The notes: generated from the sequence alone by a model not told the origin. Positions 9,864-21,062 are shown, counted from the stretch's first letter. The stretch is 32,000 nucleotides of DNA from Mycobacterium tuberculosis H37Rv (GCF_000195955.2 NC_000962.3:4230001-4262000); one strand, 5' to 3'. Made by a program: numbers and translations.

Positions 9864-12800
9864 TGGCTACCGAAGCCGCCCCACCCCGTATCGCCGTCCG
9901 GCTACCATCTACCTCCGTGCGCGACGCGGGAGCAAACTACCGGATCGCCCGGTACGTCGCTGTGGTGGCGGGTCTGCTAGGCGCTGTGCTGGCCATCGCC
10001 ACCCCACTGCTGCCGGTCAACCAGACCACCGCGCAATTGAACTGGCCCCAAAACGGCACGTTCGCCAGTGTCGAGGCACCGCTGATTGGCTACGTGGCCA
10101 CCGACTTGAACATCACCGTCCCCTGCCAGGCCGCCGCCGGACTGGCCGGATCGCAGAACACCGGCAAGACGGTGTTGTTGTCAACGGTGCCCAAGCAGGC
10201 GCCTAAGGCCGTCGATCGCGGGCTGCTGCTGCAACGGGCCAACGACGACCTGGTGCTTGTGGTGCGTAATGTCCCGTTGGTCACCGCCCCGCTGAGTCAG
10301 GTGCTCGGCCCGACCTGTCAGCGGTTGACATTCACCGCGCACGCCGATCGGGTCGCCGCCGAATTCGTCGGACTGGTGCAGGGACCCAATGCTGAGCACC
10401 CCGGTGCACCGCTGCGCGGTGAGCGCAGCGGCTACGACTTCCGCCCGCAGATCGTCGGGGTGTTCACCGACCTGGCCGGGCCGGCGCCACCGGGTCTGAG
10501 CTTCTCGGCGAGCGTGGATACCCGCTACAGCAGCAGCCCCACGCCGCTGAAGATGGCCGCCATGATCCTCGGGGTAGCGCTCACCGGCGCCGCCCTGGTG
10601 GCGCTGCACATCCTGGACACCGCCGACGGCATGCGGCACCGGCGGTTCCTGCCCGCGCGCTGGTGGTCGACCGGCGGTCTGGACACCCTGGTTATCGCCG
10701 TGCTGGTGTGGTGGCATTTCGTCGGGGCCAACACCTCCGACGACGGCTACATCCTGACCATGGCCCGGGTGTCCGAGCATGCGGGCTATATGGCCAACTA
10801 CTACCGCTGGTTCGGCACACCCGAGGCGCCTTTCGGCTGGTACTACGACCTGCTGGCGCTGTGGGCTCATGTCAGCACGGCCAGTATCTGGATGCGCCTA
10901 CCCACCCTGGCGATGGCGCTCACCTGCTGGTGGGTAATCAGCCGTGAGGTCATTCCCCGGCTGGGGCACGCCGTCAAGACGAGCCGGGCAGCGGCGTGGA
11001 CGGCGGCGGGCATGTTTCTGGCTGTCTGGCTGCCGCTGGACAACGGCCTTCGGCCCGAGCCGATCATCGCCCTGGGCATCCTGCTGACCTGGTGCTCGGT
11101 GGAGCGGGCGGTGGCCACCAGCCGGCTGCTGCCGGTGGCAATCGCCTGCATCATCGGTGCCTTGACCCTGTTCTCCGGGCCGACGGGCATCGCCTCGATC
11201 GGTGCGCTGCTGGTCGCGATCGGGCCGCTACGGACCATCCTGCACCGGCGTTCCAGGCGGTTCGGCGTGCTACCACTGGTGGCGCCGATCCTGGCCGCGG
11301 CCACCGTCACCGCGATCCCGATCTTTCGTGATCAGACCTTCGCGGGCGAGATCCAGGCCAACCTCCTCAAGCGTGCCGTAGGGCCCAGCCTGAAGTGGTT
11401 CGACGAACACATCCGCTACGAGCGGCTGTTCATGGCCAGCCCCGACGGCTCGATCGCCCGCCGCTTCGCCGTGCTGGCCTTGGTGCTGGCGCTCGCGGTA
11501 TCGGTGGCAATGTCGTTACGTAAGGGCCGCATTCCAGGTACCGCTGCTGGACCGAGCCGCCGCATCATCGGCATCACGATCATTTCCTTCCTCGCGATGA
11601 TGTTCACCCCGACAAAGTGGACCCATCACTTCGGGGTGTTCGCGGGGTTGGCCGGGTCGCTGGGGGCGCTTGCCGCGGTCGCGGTGACGGGCGCTGCGAT
11701 GCGCTCGCGGCGGAACCGGACCGTGTTCGCCGCCGTGGTGGTCTTCGTGTTGGCCCTGTCGTTCGCCAGTGTCAACGGCTGGTGGTACGTGTCCAACTTC
11801 GGTGTGCCATGGTCGAACTCGTTTCCGAAGTGGCGATGGTCGCTTACCACCGCACTCCTCGAGCTGACGGTGCTGGTGCTGCTGCTAGCGGCATGGTTCC
11901 ACTTCGTCGCCAACGGTGACGGGCGCCGAACAGCCAGGCCAACCCGGTTTAGGGCACGACTAGCCGGAATTGTCCAGTCCCCGTTGGCAATTGCCACGTG
12001 GTTGCTGGTGCTTTTCGAGGTGGTATCGCTGACCCAGGCGATGATTTCCCAGTACCCGGCGTGGTCGGTTGGCCGGTCTAACCTACAGGCTTTGGCCGGC
12101 AAGACCTGCGGGCTGGCCGAAGACGTGCTGGTGGAGCTGGATCCCAACGCAGGCATGCTGGCGCCGGTGACCGCGCCGTTGGCCGACGCCCTGGGAGCCG
12201 GCCTGTCTGAAGCCTTCACACCCAACGGCATTCCCGCCGACGTCACCGCCGACCCGGTGATGGAACGTCCAGGGGATCGCAGTTTCCTCAACGACGACGG
12301 GCTGATCACCGGCAGCGAACCCGGCACCGAAGGGGGCACCACGGCCGCACCGGGAATCAACGGCTCCCGCGCCCGGCTGCCCTACAACCTGGACCCGGCC
12401 CGTACACCGGTGCTGGGCAGCTGGCGAGCCGGCGTGCAGGTGCCCGCCATGCTGCGGTCGGGCTGGTACCGGCTGCCCACCAACGAGCAGCGGGACAGGG
12501 CGCCGCTGCTGGTGGTGACGGCGGCCGGGCGATTCGACTCCCGCGAGGTCCGGTTGCAGTGGGCCACCGACGAGCAAGCGGCCGCCGGACACCACGGTGG
12601 GTCGATGGAATTCGCCGACGTCGGTGCCGCGCCGGCCTGGCGCAACCTGCGCGCACCACTGTCCGCCATCCCGAGCACCGCCACCCAGGTCCGGTTGGTC
12701 GCCGACGACCAGGATCTGGCGCCGCAGCACTGGATCGCCCTCACACCACCGCGGATTCCGCGGGTGCGCACGCTGCAGAACGTGGTGGGCGCAGCGGATC

Positions 12801-13147
12801 CGGTGTTCCTGGACTGGCTGGTGGGGCTGGCATTCCCCTGCCAACGCCCGTTCGGCCACCAATACGGCGTCGACGAGACACCCAAGTGGCGGATCCTGCC
12901 GGACCGGTTCGGCGCCGAAGCCAACTCACCGGTGATGGATCACAATGGCGGTGGCCCGCTGGGCATCACCGAGCTGCTGATGCGCGCAACCACGGTGGCC
13001 AGCTACCTCAAAGACGACTGGTTTAGGGACTGGGGCGCGTTACAGCGGTTGACGCCTTACTACCCCGACGCCCAGCCCGCTGATCTGAACCTAGGAACGG
13101 TGACTCGCAGCGGGCTGTGGAGTCCGGCGCCGTTGCGCCGCGGCTAG
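9863..13147 (+). CDS. embC: Arabinosyltransferase C (lipoarabinomannan synthesis)
   Basis: 1094 aa, [19 protein letters not shown]...; Emb family GT-C with the NTSDDGYILTMARVSEHAGYM loop and C-terminal carbohydrate-binding region; first of three tandem Emb paralogues. Confidence 0.97.
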   Translation: MATEAAPPRIAVRLPSTSVRDAGANYRIARYVAVVAGLLGAVLAIATPLLPVNQTTAQLNWPQNGTFASVEAPLIGYVATDLNITVPCQAAAGLAGSQNTGKTVLLSTVPKQAPKAVDRGLLLQRANDDLVLVVRNVPLVTAPLSQVLGPTCQRLTFTAHADRVAAEFVGLVQGPNAEHPGAPLRGERSGYDFRPQIVGVFTDLAGPAPPGLSFSASVDTRYSSSPTPLKMAAMILGVALTGAALVALHILDTADGMRHRRFLPARWWSTGGLDTLVIAVLVWWHFVGANTSDDGYILTMARVSEHAGYMANYYRWFGTPEAPFGWYYDLLALWAHVSTASIWMRLPTLAMALTCWWVISREVIPRLGHAVKTSRAAAWTAAGMFLAVWLPLDNGLRPEPIIALGILLTWCSVERAVATSRLLPVAIACIIGALTLFSGPTGIASIGALLVAIGPLRTILHRRSRRFGVLPLVAPILAAATVTAIPIFRDQTFAGEIQANLLKRAVGPSLKWFDEHIRYERLFMASPDGSIARRFAVLALVLALAVSVAMSLRKGRIPGTAAGPSRRIIGITIISFLAMMFTPTKWTHHFGVFAGLAGSLGALAAVAVTGAAMRSRRNRTVFAAVVVFVLALSFASVNGWWYVSNFGVPWSNSFPKWRWSLTTALLELTVLVLLLAAWFHFVANGDGRRTARPTRFRARLAGIVQSPLAIATWLLVLFEVVSLTQAMISQYPAWSVGRSNLQALAGKTCGLAEDVLVELDPNAGMLAPVTAPLADALGAGLSEAFTPNGIPADVTADPVMERPGDRSFLNDDGLITGSEPGTEGGTTAAPGINGSRARLPYNLDPARTPVLGSWRAGVQVPAMLRSGWYRLPTNEQRDRAPLLVVTAAGRFDSREVRLQWATDEQAAAGHHGGSMEFADVGAAPAWRNLRAPLSAIPSTATQVRLVADDQDLAPQHWIALTPPRIPRVRTLQNVVGAADPVFLDWLVGLAFPCQRPFGHQYGVDETPKWRILPDRFGAEANSPVMDHNGGGPLGITELLMRATTVASYLKDDWFRDWGALQRLTPYYPDAQPADLNLGTVTRSGLWSPAPLRRG

Positions 13148-13218
13148 AAGTGCCGTGGCCACCGACTCGGCGACAACCTCCGCGGCCCCGCATCCTCACC
13201 GCCCTTAACCGCGTCGCC

Positions 13219-13224
13219 TACCAT
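13219..13224 (+). promoter_or_regulatory. Candidate -10 element (TACCAT) of the embA internal promoter in the embC-embA intergenic region
   Basis: TACCAT lies 8 nt upstream of the embA GTG (13233); the region holds the known ethambutol-resistance promoter sites -12 (13221, C here) and -16 (13217, C here). Confidence 0.5.
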
Positions 13225-13232
13225 CGAGCCTC

Positions 13233-16200
13233 GTGCCCCACGACGGTAATGAGCGATCTCACCGGATCGCACGCCTAGCAGCCGTCGTCTCGGGAATCGC
13301 GGGTCTGCTGCTGTGCGGCATCGTTCCGCTGCTTCCGGTGAACCAAACCACCGCGACCATCTTCTGGCCGCAGGGCAGCACCGCCGACGGCAACATCACC
13401 CAGATCACCGCCCCTCTGGTATCCGGGGCGCCACGCGCGCTGGACATCTCGATCCCCTGCTCGGCCATCGCCACGCTGCCCGCCAACGGCGGCCTGGTGC
13501 TGTCCACACTGCCGGCCGGTGGCGTGGATACCGGTAAGGCCGGGCTGTTCGTCCGCGCCAACCAGGACACGGTCGTCGTGGCGTTCCGCGACTCGGTGGC
13601 CGCGGTGGCGGCCCGCTCCACGATCGCAGCGGGAGGCTGTAGCGCGCTGCATATCTGGGCCGATACCGGCGGCGCGGGCGCTGATTTTATGGGTATACCC
13701 GGCGGCGCCGGGACCCTGCCGCCGGAGAAGAAGCCACAGGTTGGCGGCATCTTCACCGACCTGAAGGTCGGAGCGCAGCCCGGGCTGTCGGCCCGCGTCG
13801 ACATCGACACTCGGTTTATCACGACGCCCGGCGCGCTCAAGAAGGCCGTGATGCTCCTCGGCGTGCTGGCGGTCCTGGTAGCCATGGTGGGGCTGGCCGC
13901 GCTGGACCGGCTCAGCAGGGGCCGCACCCTGCGCGACTGGCTGACCCGATATCGCCCGCGGGTGCGGGTCGGATTCGCCAGCCGGCTCGCTGACGCAGCG
14001 GTGATCGCGACCTTGTTGCTCTGGCATGTCATCGGCGCCACCTCGTCCGATGACGGCTACCTTCTGACCGTCGCCCGGGTCGCCCCGAAGGCCGGCTATG
14101 TAGCCAACTACTACCGGTATTTCGGCACGACGGAGGCGCCGTTCGACTGGTATACATCGGTGCTTGCCCAGCTGGCGGCGGTGAGCACCGCCGGCGTCTG
14201 GATGCGCCTGCCCGCCACCCTGGCCGGAATCGCCTGCTGGCTGATCGTCAGCCGTTTCGTGCTGCGGCGGCTGGGACCGGGCCCGGGCGGGCTGGCGTCC
14301 AACCGGGTCGCTGTGTTCACCGCTGGTGCGGTGTTCCTGTCCGCCTGGCTGCCGTTCAACAACGGCCTGCGTCCCGAGCCGCTGATCGCGCTGGGTGTGC
14401 TGGTCACGTGGGTGTTGGTGGAACGGTCGATCGCGCTCGGACGGCTGGCCCCGGCCGCGGTAGCCATCATCGTGGCGACGCTTACCGCGACGCTGGCACC
14501 GCAGGGGTTGATCGCGCTGGCCCCGCTGCTGACTGGTGCGCGCGCCATCGCCCAGAGGATCCGGCGCCGCCGGGCGACCGATGGACTGCTGGCGCCGCTG
14601 GCGGTGCTGGCCGCGGCGTTGTCGCTGATCACCGTGGTGGTGTTTCGGGACCAGACGCTGGCCACGGTGGCCGAATCGGCACGCATCAAGTACAAGGTCG
14701 GCCCGACCATCGCCTGGTACCAGGACTTCCTGCGCTACTACTTCCTTACCGTGGAGAGCAACGTTGAGGGGTCGATGTCCCGCCGGTTCGCGGTGCTGGT
14801 GTTGCTGTTCTGCCTGTTCGGGGTGCTGTTCGTGCTGCTGCGGCGCGGCCGGGTGGCGGGGCTGGCCAGCGGCCCGGCCTGGCGACTGATCGGCACTACG
14901 GCGGTCGGCCTGCTGCTGCTCACGTTCACGCCAACCAAGTGGGCCGTGCAGTTCGGCGCATTCGCCGGGCTGGCCGGGGTGTTGGGTGCGGTCACCGCGT
15001 TCACCTTTGCCCGCATCGGTCTACATAGTCGACGCAACCTCACGCTGTACGTGACCGCGTTGCTGTTCGTGCTGGCGTGGGCAACCTCGGGCATCAACGG
15101 GTGGTTCTACGTCGGCAACTACGGGGTGCCGTGGTATGACATCCAGCCCGTCATCGCCAGCCACCCGGTGACGTCGATGTTTCTGACGCTGTCGATCCTC
15201 ACCGGATTGCTGGCAGCCTGGTATCACTTCCGGATGGACTACGCCGGGCACACCGAAGTCAAAGACAACCGGCGCAACCGCATCTTGGCCTCTACGCCAC
15301 TGCTGGTGGTCGCGGTGATCATGGTCGCAGGCGAAGTCGGCTCGATGGCCAAGGCCGCGGTGTTCCGTTACCCGCTTTACACCACCGCCAAGGCCAACCT
15401 GACCGCGCTCAGCACCGGGCTGTCCAGCTGTGCGATGGCCGACGACGTGCTGGCCGAGCCCGACCCCAATGCCGGCATGCTGCAACCGGTTCCGGGCCAG
15501 GCGTTCGGACCGGACGGACCGCTGGGCGGTATCAGTCCCGTCGGCTTCAAACCCGAGGGCGTGGGCGAGGACCTCAAGTCCGACCCGGTGGTCTCCAAAC
15601 CCGGGCTGGTCAACTCCGATGCGTCGCCCAACAAACCCAACGCCGCCATCACCGACTCCGCGGGCACCGCCGGAGGGAAGGGCCCGGTCGGGATCAACGG
15701 GTCGCACGCGGCGCTGCCGTTCGGATTGGACCCGGCACGTACCCCGGTGATGGGCAGCTACGGGGAGAACAACCTGGCCGCCACGGCCACCTCGGCCTGG
15801 TACCAGTTACCGCCCCGCAGCCCGGACCGGCCGCTGGTGGTGGTTTCCGCGGCCGGCGCCATCTGGTCCTACAAGGAGGACGGCGATTTCATCTACGGCC
15901 AGTCCCTGAAACTGCAGTGGGGCGTCACCGGCCCGGACGGCCGCATCCAGCCACTGGGGCAGGTATTTCCGATCGACATCGGACCGCAACCCGCGTGGCG
16001 CAATCTGCGGTTTCCGCTGGCCTGGGCGCCGCCGGAGGCCGACGTGGCGCGCATTGTCGCCTATGACCCGAACCTGAGCCCTGAGCAATGGTTCGCCTTC
16101 ACCCCGCCCCGGGTTCCGGTGCTGGAATCTCTGCAGCGGTTGATCGGGTCAGCGACACCGGTGTTGATGGACATCGCGACCGCAGCCAACTTCCCCTGCC

Positions 16201-16517
16201 AGCGACCGTTTTCCGAGCATCTCGGCATTGCCGAGCTTCCGCAGTACCGGATCCTGCCGGACCACAAGCAGACGGCGGCGTCGTCGAACCTATGGCAGTC
16301 CAGCTCGACCGGCGGTCCGTTCCTGTTCACCCAGGCGCTGCTGCGCACCTCGACGATCGCCACGTACCTGCGTGGGGACTGGTATCGCGACTGGGGATCG
16401 GTGGAGCAGTACCACCGGCTGGTGCCGGCCGATCAGGCTCCAGACGCCGTTGTCGAGGAGGGCGTGATCACTGTGCCCGGCTGGGGTCGGCCAGGACCGA
16501 TCAGGGCGCTGCCATGA
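13233..16517 (+). CDS. embA: Arabinosyltransferase A (arabinogalactan synthesis)
   Basis: 1094 aa, starts GTG ([21 protein letters not shown]); Emb-family motif [21 protein letters not shown]; the stop TGA overlaps the embB ATG (ATGA). Confidence 0.97.
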
Positions 16518-19500
16518 CACAGTGCGCGAGCAGACGCAAAAGCACCCCAAATCGGGCGATTTTGGGGGCTTTTGCGTCTGCTCGCGGGACGCGCTGGGTG
16601 GCCACCATCGCCGGGCTGATTGGCTTTGTGTTGTCGGTGGCGACGCCGCTGCTGCCCGTCGTGCAGACCACCGCGATGCTCGACTGGCCACAGCGGGGGC
16701 AACTGGGCAGCGTGACCGCCCCGCTGATCTCGCTGACGCCGGTCGACTTTACCGCCACCGTGCCGTGCGACGTGGTGCGCGCCATGCCACCCGCGGGCGG
16801 GGTGGTGCTGGGCACCGCACCCAAGCAAGGCAAGGACGCCAATTTGCAGGCGTTGTTCGTCGTCGTCAGCGCCCAGCGCGTGGACGTCACCGACCGCAAC
16901 GTGGTGATCTTGTCCGTGCCGCGCGAGCAGGTGACGTCCCCGCAGTGTCAACGCATCGAGGTCACCTCTACCCACGCCGGCACCTTCGCCAACTTCGTCG
17001 GGCTCAAGGACCCGTCGGGCGCGCCGCTGCGCAGCGGCTTCCCCGACCCCAACCTGCGCCCGCAGATTGTCGGGGTGTTCACCGACCTGACCGGGCCCGC
17101 GCCGCCCGGGCTGGCGGTCTCGGCGACCATCGACACCCGGTTCTCCACCCGGCCGACCACGCTGAAACTGCTGGCGATCATCGGGGCGATCGTGGCCACC
17201 GTCGTCGCACTGATCGCGTTGTGGCGCCTGGACCAGTTGGACGGGCGGGGCTCAATTGCCCAGCTCCTCCTCAGGCCGTTCCGGCCTGCATCGTCGCCGG
17301 GCGGCATGCGCCGGCTGATTCCGGCAAGCTGGCGCACCTTCACCCTGACCGACGCCGTGGTGATATTCGGCTTCCTGCTCTGGCATGTCATCGGCGCGAA
17401 TTCGTCGGACGACGGCTACATCCTGGGCATGGCCCGAGTCGCCGACCACGCCGGCTACATGTCCAACTATTTCCGCTGGTTCGGCAGCCCGGAGGATCCC
17501 TTCGGCTGGTATTACAACCTGCTGGCGCTGATGACCCATGTCAGCGACGCCAGTCTGTGGATGCGCCTGCCAGACCTGGCCGCCGGGCTAGTGTGCTGGC
17601 TGCTGCTGTCGCGTGAGGTGCTGCCCCGCCTCGGGCCGGCGGTGGAGGCCAGCAAACCCGCCTACTGGGCGGCGGCCATGGTCTTGCTGACCGCGTGGAT
17701 GCCGTTCAACAACGGCCTGCGGCCGGAGGGCATCATCGCGCTCGGCTCGCTGGTCACCTATGTGCTGATCGAGCGGTCCATGCGGTACAGCCGGCTCACA
17801 CCGGCGGCGCTGGCCGTCGTTACCGCCGCATTCACACTGGGTGTGCAGCCCACCGGCCTGATCGCGGTGGCCGCGCTGGTGGCCGGCGGCCGCCCGATGC
17901 TGCGGATCTTGGTGCGCCGTCATCGCCTGGTCGGCACGTTGCCGTTGGTGTCGCCGATGCTGGCCGCCGGCACCGTCATCCTGACCGTGGTGTTCGCCGA
18001 CCAGACCCTGTCAACGGTGTTGGAAGCCACCAGGGTTCGCGCCAAAATCGGGCCGAGCCAGGCGTGGTATACCGAGAACCTGCGTTACTACTACCTCATC
18101 CTGCCCACCGTCGACGGTTCGCTGTCGCGGCGCTTCGGCTTTTTGATCACCGCGCTATGCCTGTTCACCGCGGTGTTCATCATGTTGCGGCGCAAGCGAA
18201 TTCCCAGCGTGGCCCGCGGACCGGCGTGGCGGCTGATGGGCGTCATCTTCGGCACCATGTTCTTCCTGATGTTCACGCCCACCAAGTGGGTGCACCACTT
18301 CGGGCTGTTCGCCGCCGTAGGGGCGGCGATGGCCGCGCTGACGACGGTGTTGGTATCCCCATCGGTGCTGCGCTGGTCGCGCAACCGGATGGCGTTCCTG
18401 GCGGCGTTATTCTTCCTGCTGGCGTTGTGTTGGGCCACCACCAACGGCTGGTGGTATGTCTCCAGCTACGGTGTGCCGTTCAACAGCGCGATGCCGAAGA
18501 TCGACGGGATCACAGTCAGCACAATCTTTTTCGCCCTGTTTGCGATCGCCGCCGGCTATGCGGCCTGGCTGCACTTCGCGCCCCGCGGCGCCGGCGAAGG
18601 GCGGCTGATCCGCGCGCTGACGACAGCCCCGGTACCGATCGTGGCCGGTTTCATGGCGGCGGTGTTCGTCGCGTCCATGGTGGCCGGGATCGTGCGACAG
18701 TACCCGACCTACTCCAACGGCTGGTCCAACGTGCGGGCGTTTGTCGGCGGCTGCGGACTGGCCGACGACGTACTCGTCGAGCCTGATACCAATGCGGGTT
18801 TCATGAAGCCGCTGGACGGCGATTCGGGTTCTTGGGGCCCCTTGGGCCCGCTGGGTGGAGTCAACCCGGTCGGCTTCACGCCCAACGGCGTACCGGAACA
18901 CACGGTGGCCGAGGCGATCGTGATGAAACCCAACCAGCCCGGCACCGACTACGACTGGGATGCGCCGACCAAGCTGACGAGTCCTGGCATCAATGGTTCT
19001 ACGGTGCCGCTGCCCTATGGGCTCGATCCCGCCCGGGTACCGTTGGCAGGCACCTACACCACCGGCGCACAGCAACAGAGCACACTCGTCTCGGCGTGGT
19101 ATCTCCTGCCTAAGCCGGACGACGGGCATCCGCTGGTCGTGGTGACCGCCGCGGGCAAGATCGCCGGCAACAGCGTGCTGCACGGGTACACCCCCGGGCA
19201 GACTGTGGTGCTCGAATACGCCATGCCGGGACCCGGAGCGCTGGTACCCGCCGGGCGGATGGTGCCCGACGACCTATACGGAGAGCAGCCCAAGGCGTGG
19301 CGCAACCTGCGCTTCGCCCGAGCAAAGATGCCCGCCGATGCCGTCGCGGTCCGGGTGGTGGCCGAGGATCTGTCGCTGACACCGGAGGACTGGATCGCGG
19401 TGACCCCGCCGCGGGTACCGGACCTGCGCTCACTGCAGGAATATGTGGGCTCGACGCAGCCGGTGCTGCTGGACTGGGCGGTCGGTTTGGCCTTCCCGTG

Positions 19501-19810
19501 CCAGCAGCCGATGCTGCACGCCAATGGCATCGCCGAAATCCCGAAGTTCCGCATCACACCGGACTACTCGGCTAAGAAGCTGGACACCGACACGTGGGAA
19601 GACGGCACTAACGGCGGCCTGCTCGGGATCACCGACCTGTTGCTGCGGGCCCACGTCATGGCCACCTACCTGTCCCGCGACTGGGCCCGCGATTGGGGTT
19701 CCCTGCGCAAGTTCGACACCCTGGTCGATGCCCCTCCCGCCCAGCTCGAGTTGGGCACCGCGACCCGCAGCGGCCTGTGGTCACCGGGCAAGATCCGAAT
19801 TGGTCCATAG
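16514..19810 (+). CDS. embB: Arabinosyltransferase B (ethambutol target)
   Basis: 1098 aa from ATG 16514: [37 protein letters not shown]; ERDR-equivalent [21 protein letters not shown]. Confidence 0.97.
16525..16586 (+). repeat. Hairpin repeat of the same family, copy 2, lying inside the 5' coding end of embB
   Basis: CGCGAGCAGACGCAAAAGCACCCCAAATCG...ATTTTGGGGGCTTTTGCGTCTGCTCGCG; long inverted repeat with a short GGC-type loop. Confidence 0.92.
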
Positions 19811-19877
19811 CGTCAGGCTCCGCAGTCGATAGCGGCACGATGTTCGTCATTAGACGGCCCCATCAGTTAGGCCTCCT

Positions 19878-21005
19878 ATGCTGCTCGGTATGCACCAGGC
19901 CGGCCATGTTGGCACACACGAACGGCGCGCAGCCGCAACGAGGCGGTCCGCCCTGACTGCGGCAGGGTTAGCCGTCGTCGGCGCAGGGGTGTTGGGCGCG
20001 TCGGCGTGCAGTCCACAAAAGTCTCCTCAGCCATCATCACCCCGGTTGCCCGACAATGCGCTGATCACGCTCGGGGTGGCCGCCGGCCCGCCGCCTACGC
20101 CCAGCAGAGTAGGAATCTCGTCGGTGCTGAAAATTGGCCGCGATCTGTACGTGATCGATTGCGGCCTGGGCTCGCTGAACGCATTCACCAACGCGGGCCT
20201 GCAATTCGACGATCTCAAAGCCATGTTTATCACCCACTTGCACACCGACCACATCGTCGACTACTACAACTTCTTTCTCTCCGGTGGCTTCCTTGCCCCA
20301 CCCGGTCGAGCGCCGGTCCTGGTCTATGGTCCGGGCCCAGCTGGGGGTTTGCCGCCAAGTGAAGTCGGCAACCCGAATCCAGCCACCGTCAACCCCGCCA
20401 ACCCGACACCGGGCCTTGCCGCGGCCACCGAAGCGCTGCATCGAGCGTTCGCTTACACCAGCAACATCTTCATCCGCGACTACGGCATTGACAACGTTGC
20501 GGACCTGGTTAAAGTCACGGAGATCGGGCTACCACCAGGATCGGACTACCGCAACAGAGCGCCAAAGATGAGCCCGTTCTCGGTCGCATCGGACGACAAC
20601 GTTTCCGTCACCGCAACGCTGGTCTCCCACTACGACGTCTACCCAGCGTTCGGATTCCGCTTCGATCTGAAGAAATCGGGTGTGTCCGTTACCTTCTCGG
20701 GTGACACCACTAAGTCCGACAACCTGATTACCCTCGCTCAAGGCACTGACATTCTGGTCCACGAGGCGGTGTTCAGCCTCGATACGGCTTACTTTGGCAA
20801 CGCTTTCCCCCCGAACTATCTGGTGAACTCACACACCTCCGCAGAGCAGGTGGGGGAGGTGGCCGCAGCGGCCAAGCCCAAACAATTGATCCTGAGCCAC
20901 TACGCCCCTGACGACCTACCCGACTCGCAGTGGCTCGACAAGATCAAGAAGAATTACTCGGGCATGACCACCATCGCGCGGGACGGCCAGGTCTTCGCCC
21001 TCTGA
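19878..21005 (+). CDS. Secreted metallo-beta-lactamase-fold hydrolase (Rv3796-like)
   Basis: 375 aa; THLHTDHIVDYYN (HxHxDH), FSGDTTKSDNL, LSHYAP motifs; N-terminal TRRSALTAAGLAVVGAGVLGASAC suggests Tat/lipoprotein-type export. Confidence 0.85.
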   Translation: MLLGMHQAGHVGTHERRAAATRRSALTAAGLAVVGAGVLGASACSPQKSPQPSSPRLPDNALITLGVAAGPPPTPSRVGISSVLKIGRDLYVIDCGLGSLNAFTNAGLQFDDLKAMFITHLHTDHIVDYYNFFLSGGFLAPPGRAPVLVYGPGPAGGLPPSEVGNPNPATVNPANPTPGLAAATEALHRAFAYTSNIFIRDYGIDNVADLVKVTEIGLPPGSDYRNRAPKMSPFSVASDDNVSVTATLVSHYDVYPAFGFRFDLKKSGVSVTFSGDTTKSDNLITLAQGTDILVHEAVFSLDTAYFGNAFPPNYLVNSHTSAEQVGEVAAAAKPKQLILSHYAPDDLPDSQWLDKIKKNYSGMTTIARDGQVFAL

Positions 21006-21056
21006 TCCGTTAGCGGTAGCGCCCCGTTCGACGATCGCTGCCTAGAGCTAGACATA

Positions 21057-21062
21057 TATAAA
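21057..21062 (+). promoter_or_regulatory. Putative -10-like TATAAA upstream of fadE35
   Basis: AT-rich patch GACATATATAAAACCTATGCAAT in the short Rv3796-fadE35 intergenic gap; no convincing -35 at canonical spacing. Confidence 0.25.

Noticed and set aside
16088-16513. Upstream extension of the embB ORF (1240 aa, overlapping the embA 3' end)
   Set aside because: The extension runs out of frame through embA coding sequence; ATG at 16514 with the embA/embB ATGA overlap is the sensible start.
16522-17616. Plus-strand ORFs beginning near the hairpin (364 aa) and 17695-18786 in alternative frames of embB
   Set aside because: Frame-shifted shadows of embB; Arg/Ala-rich without motifs.
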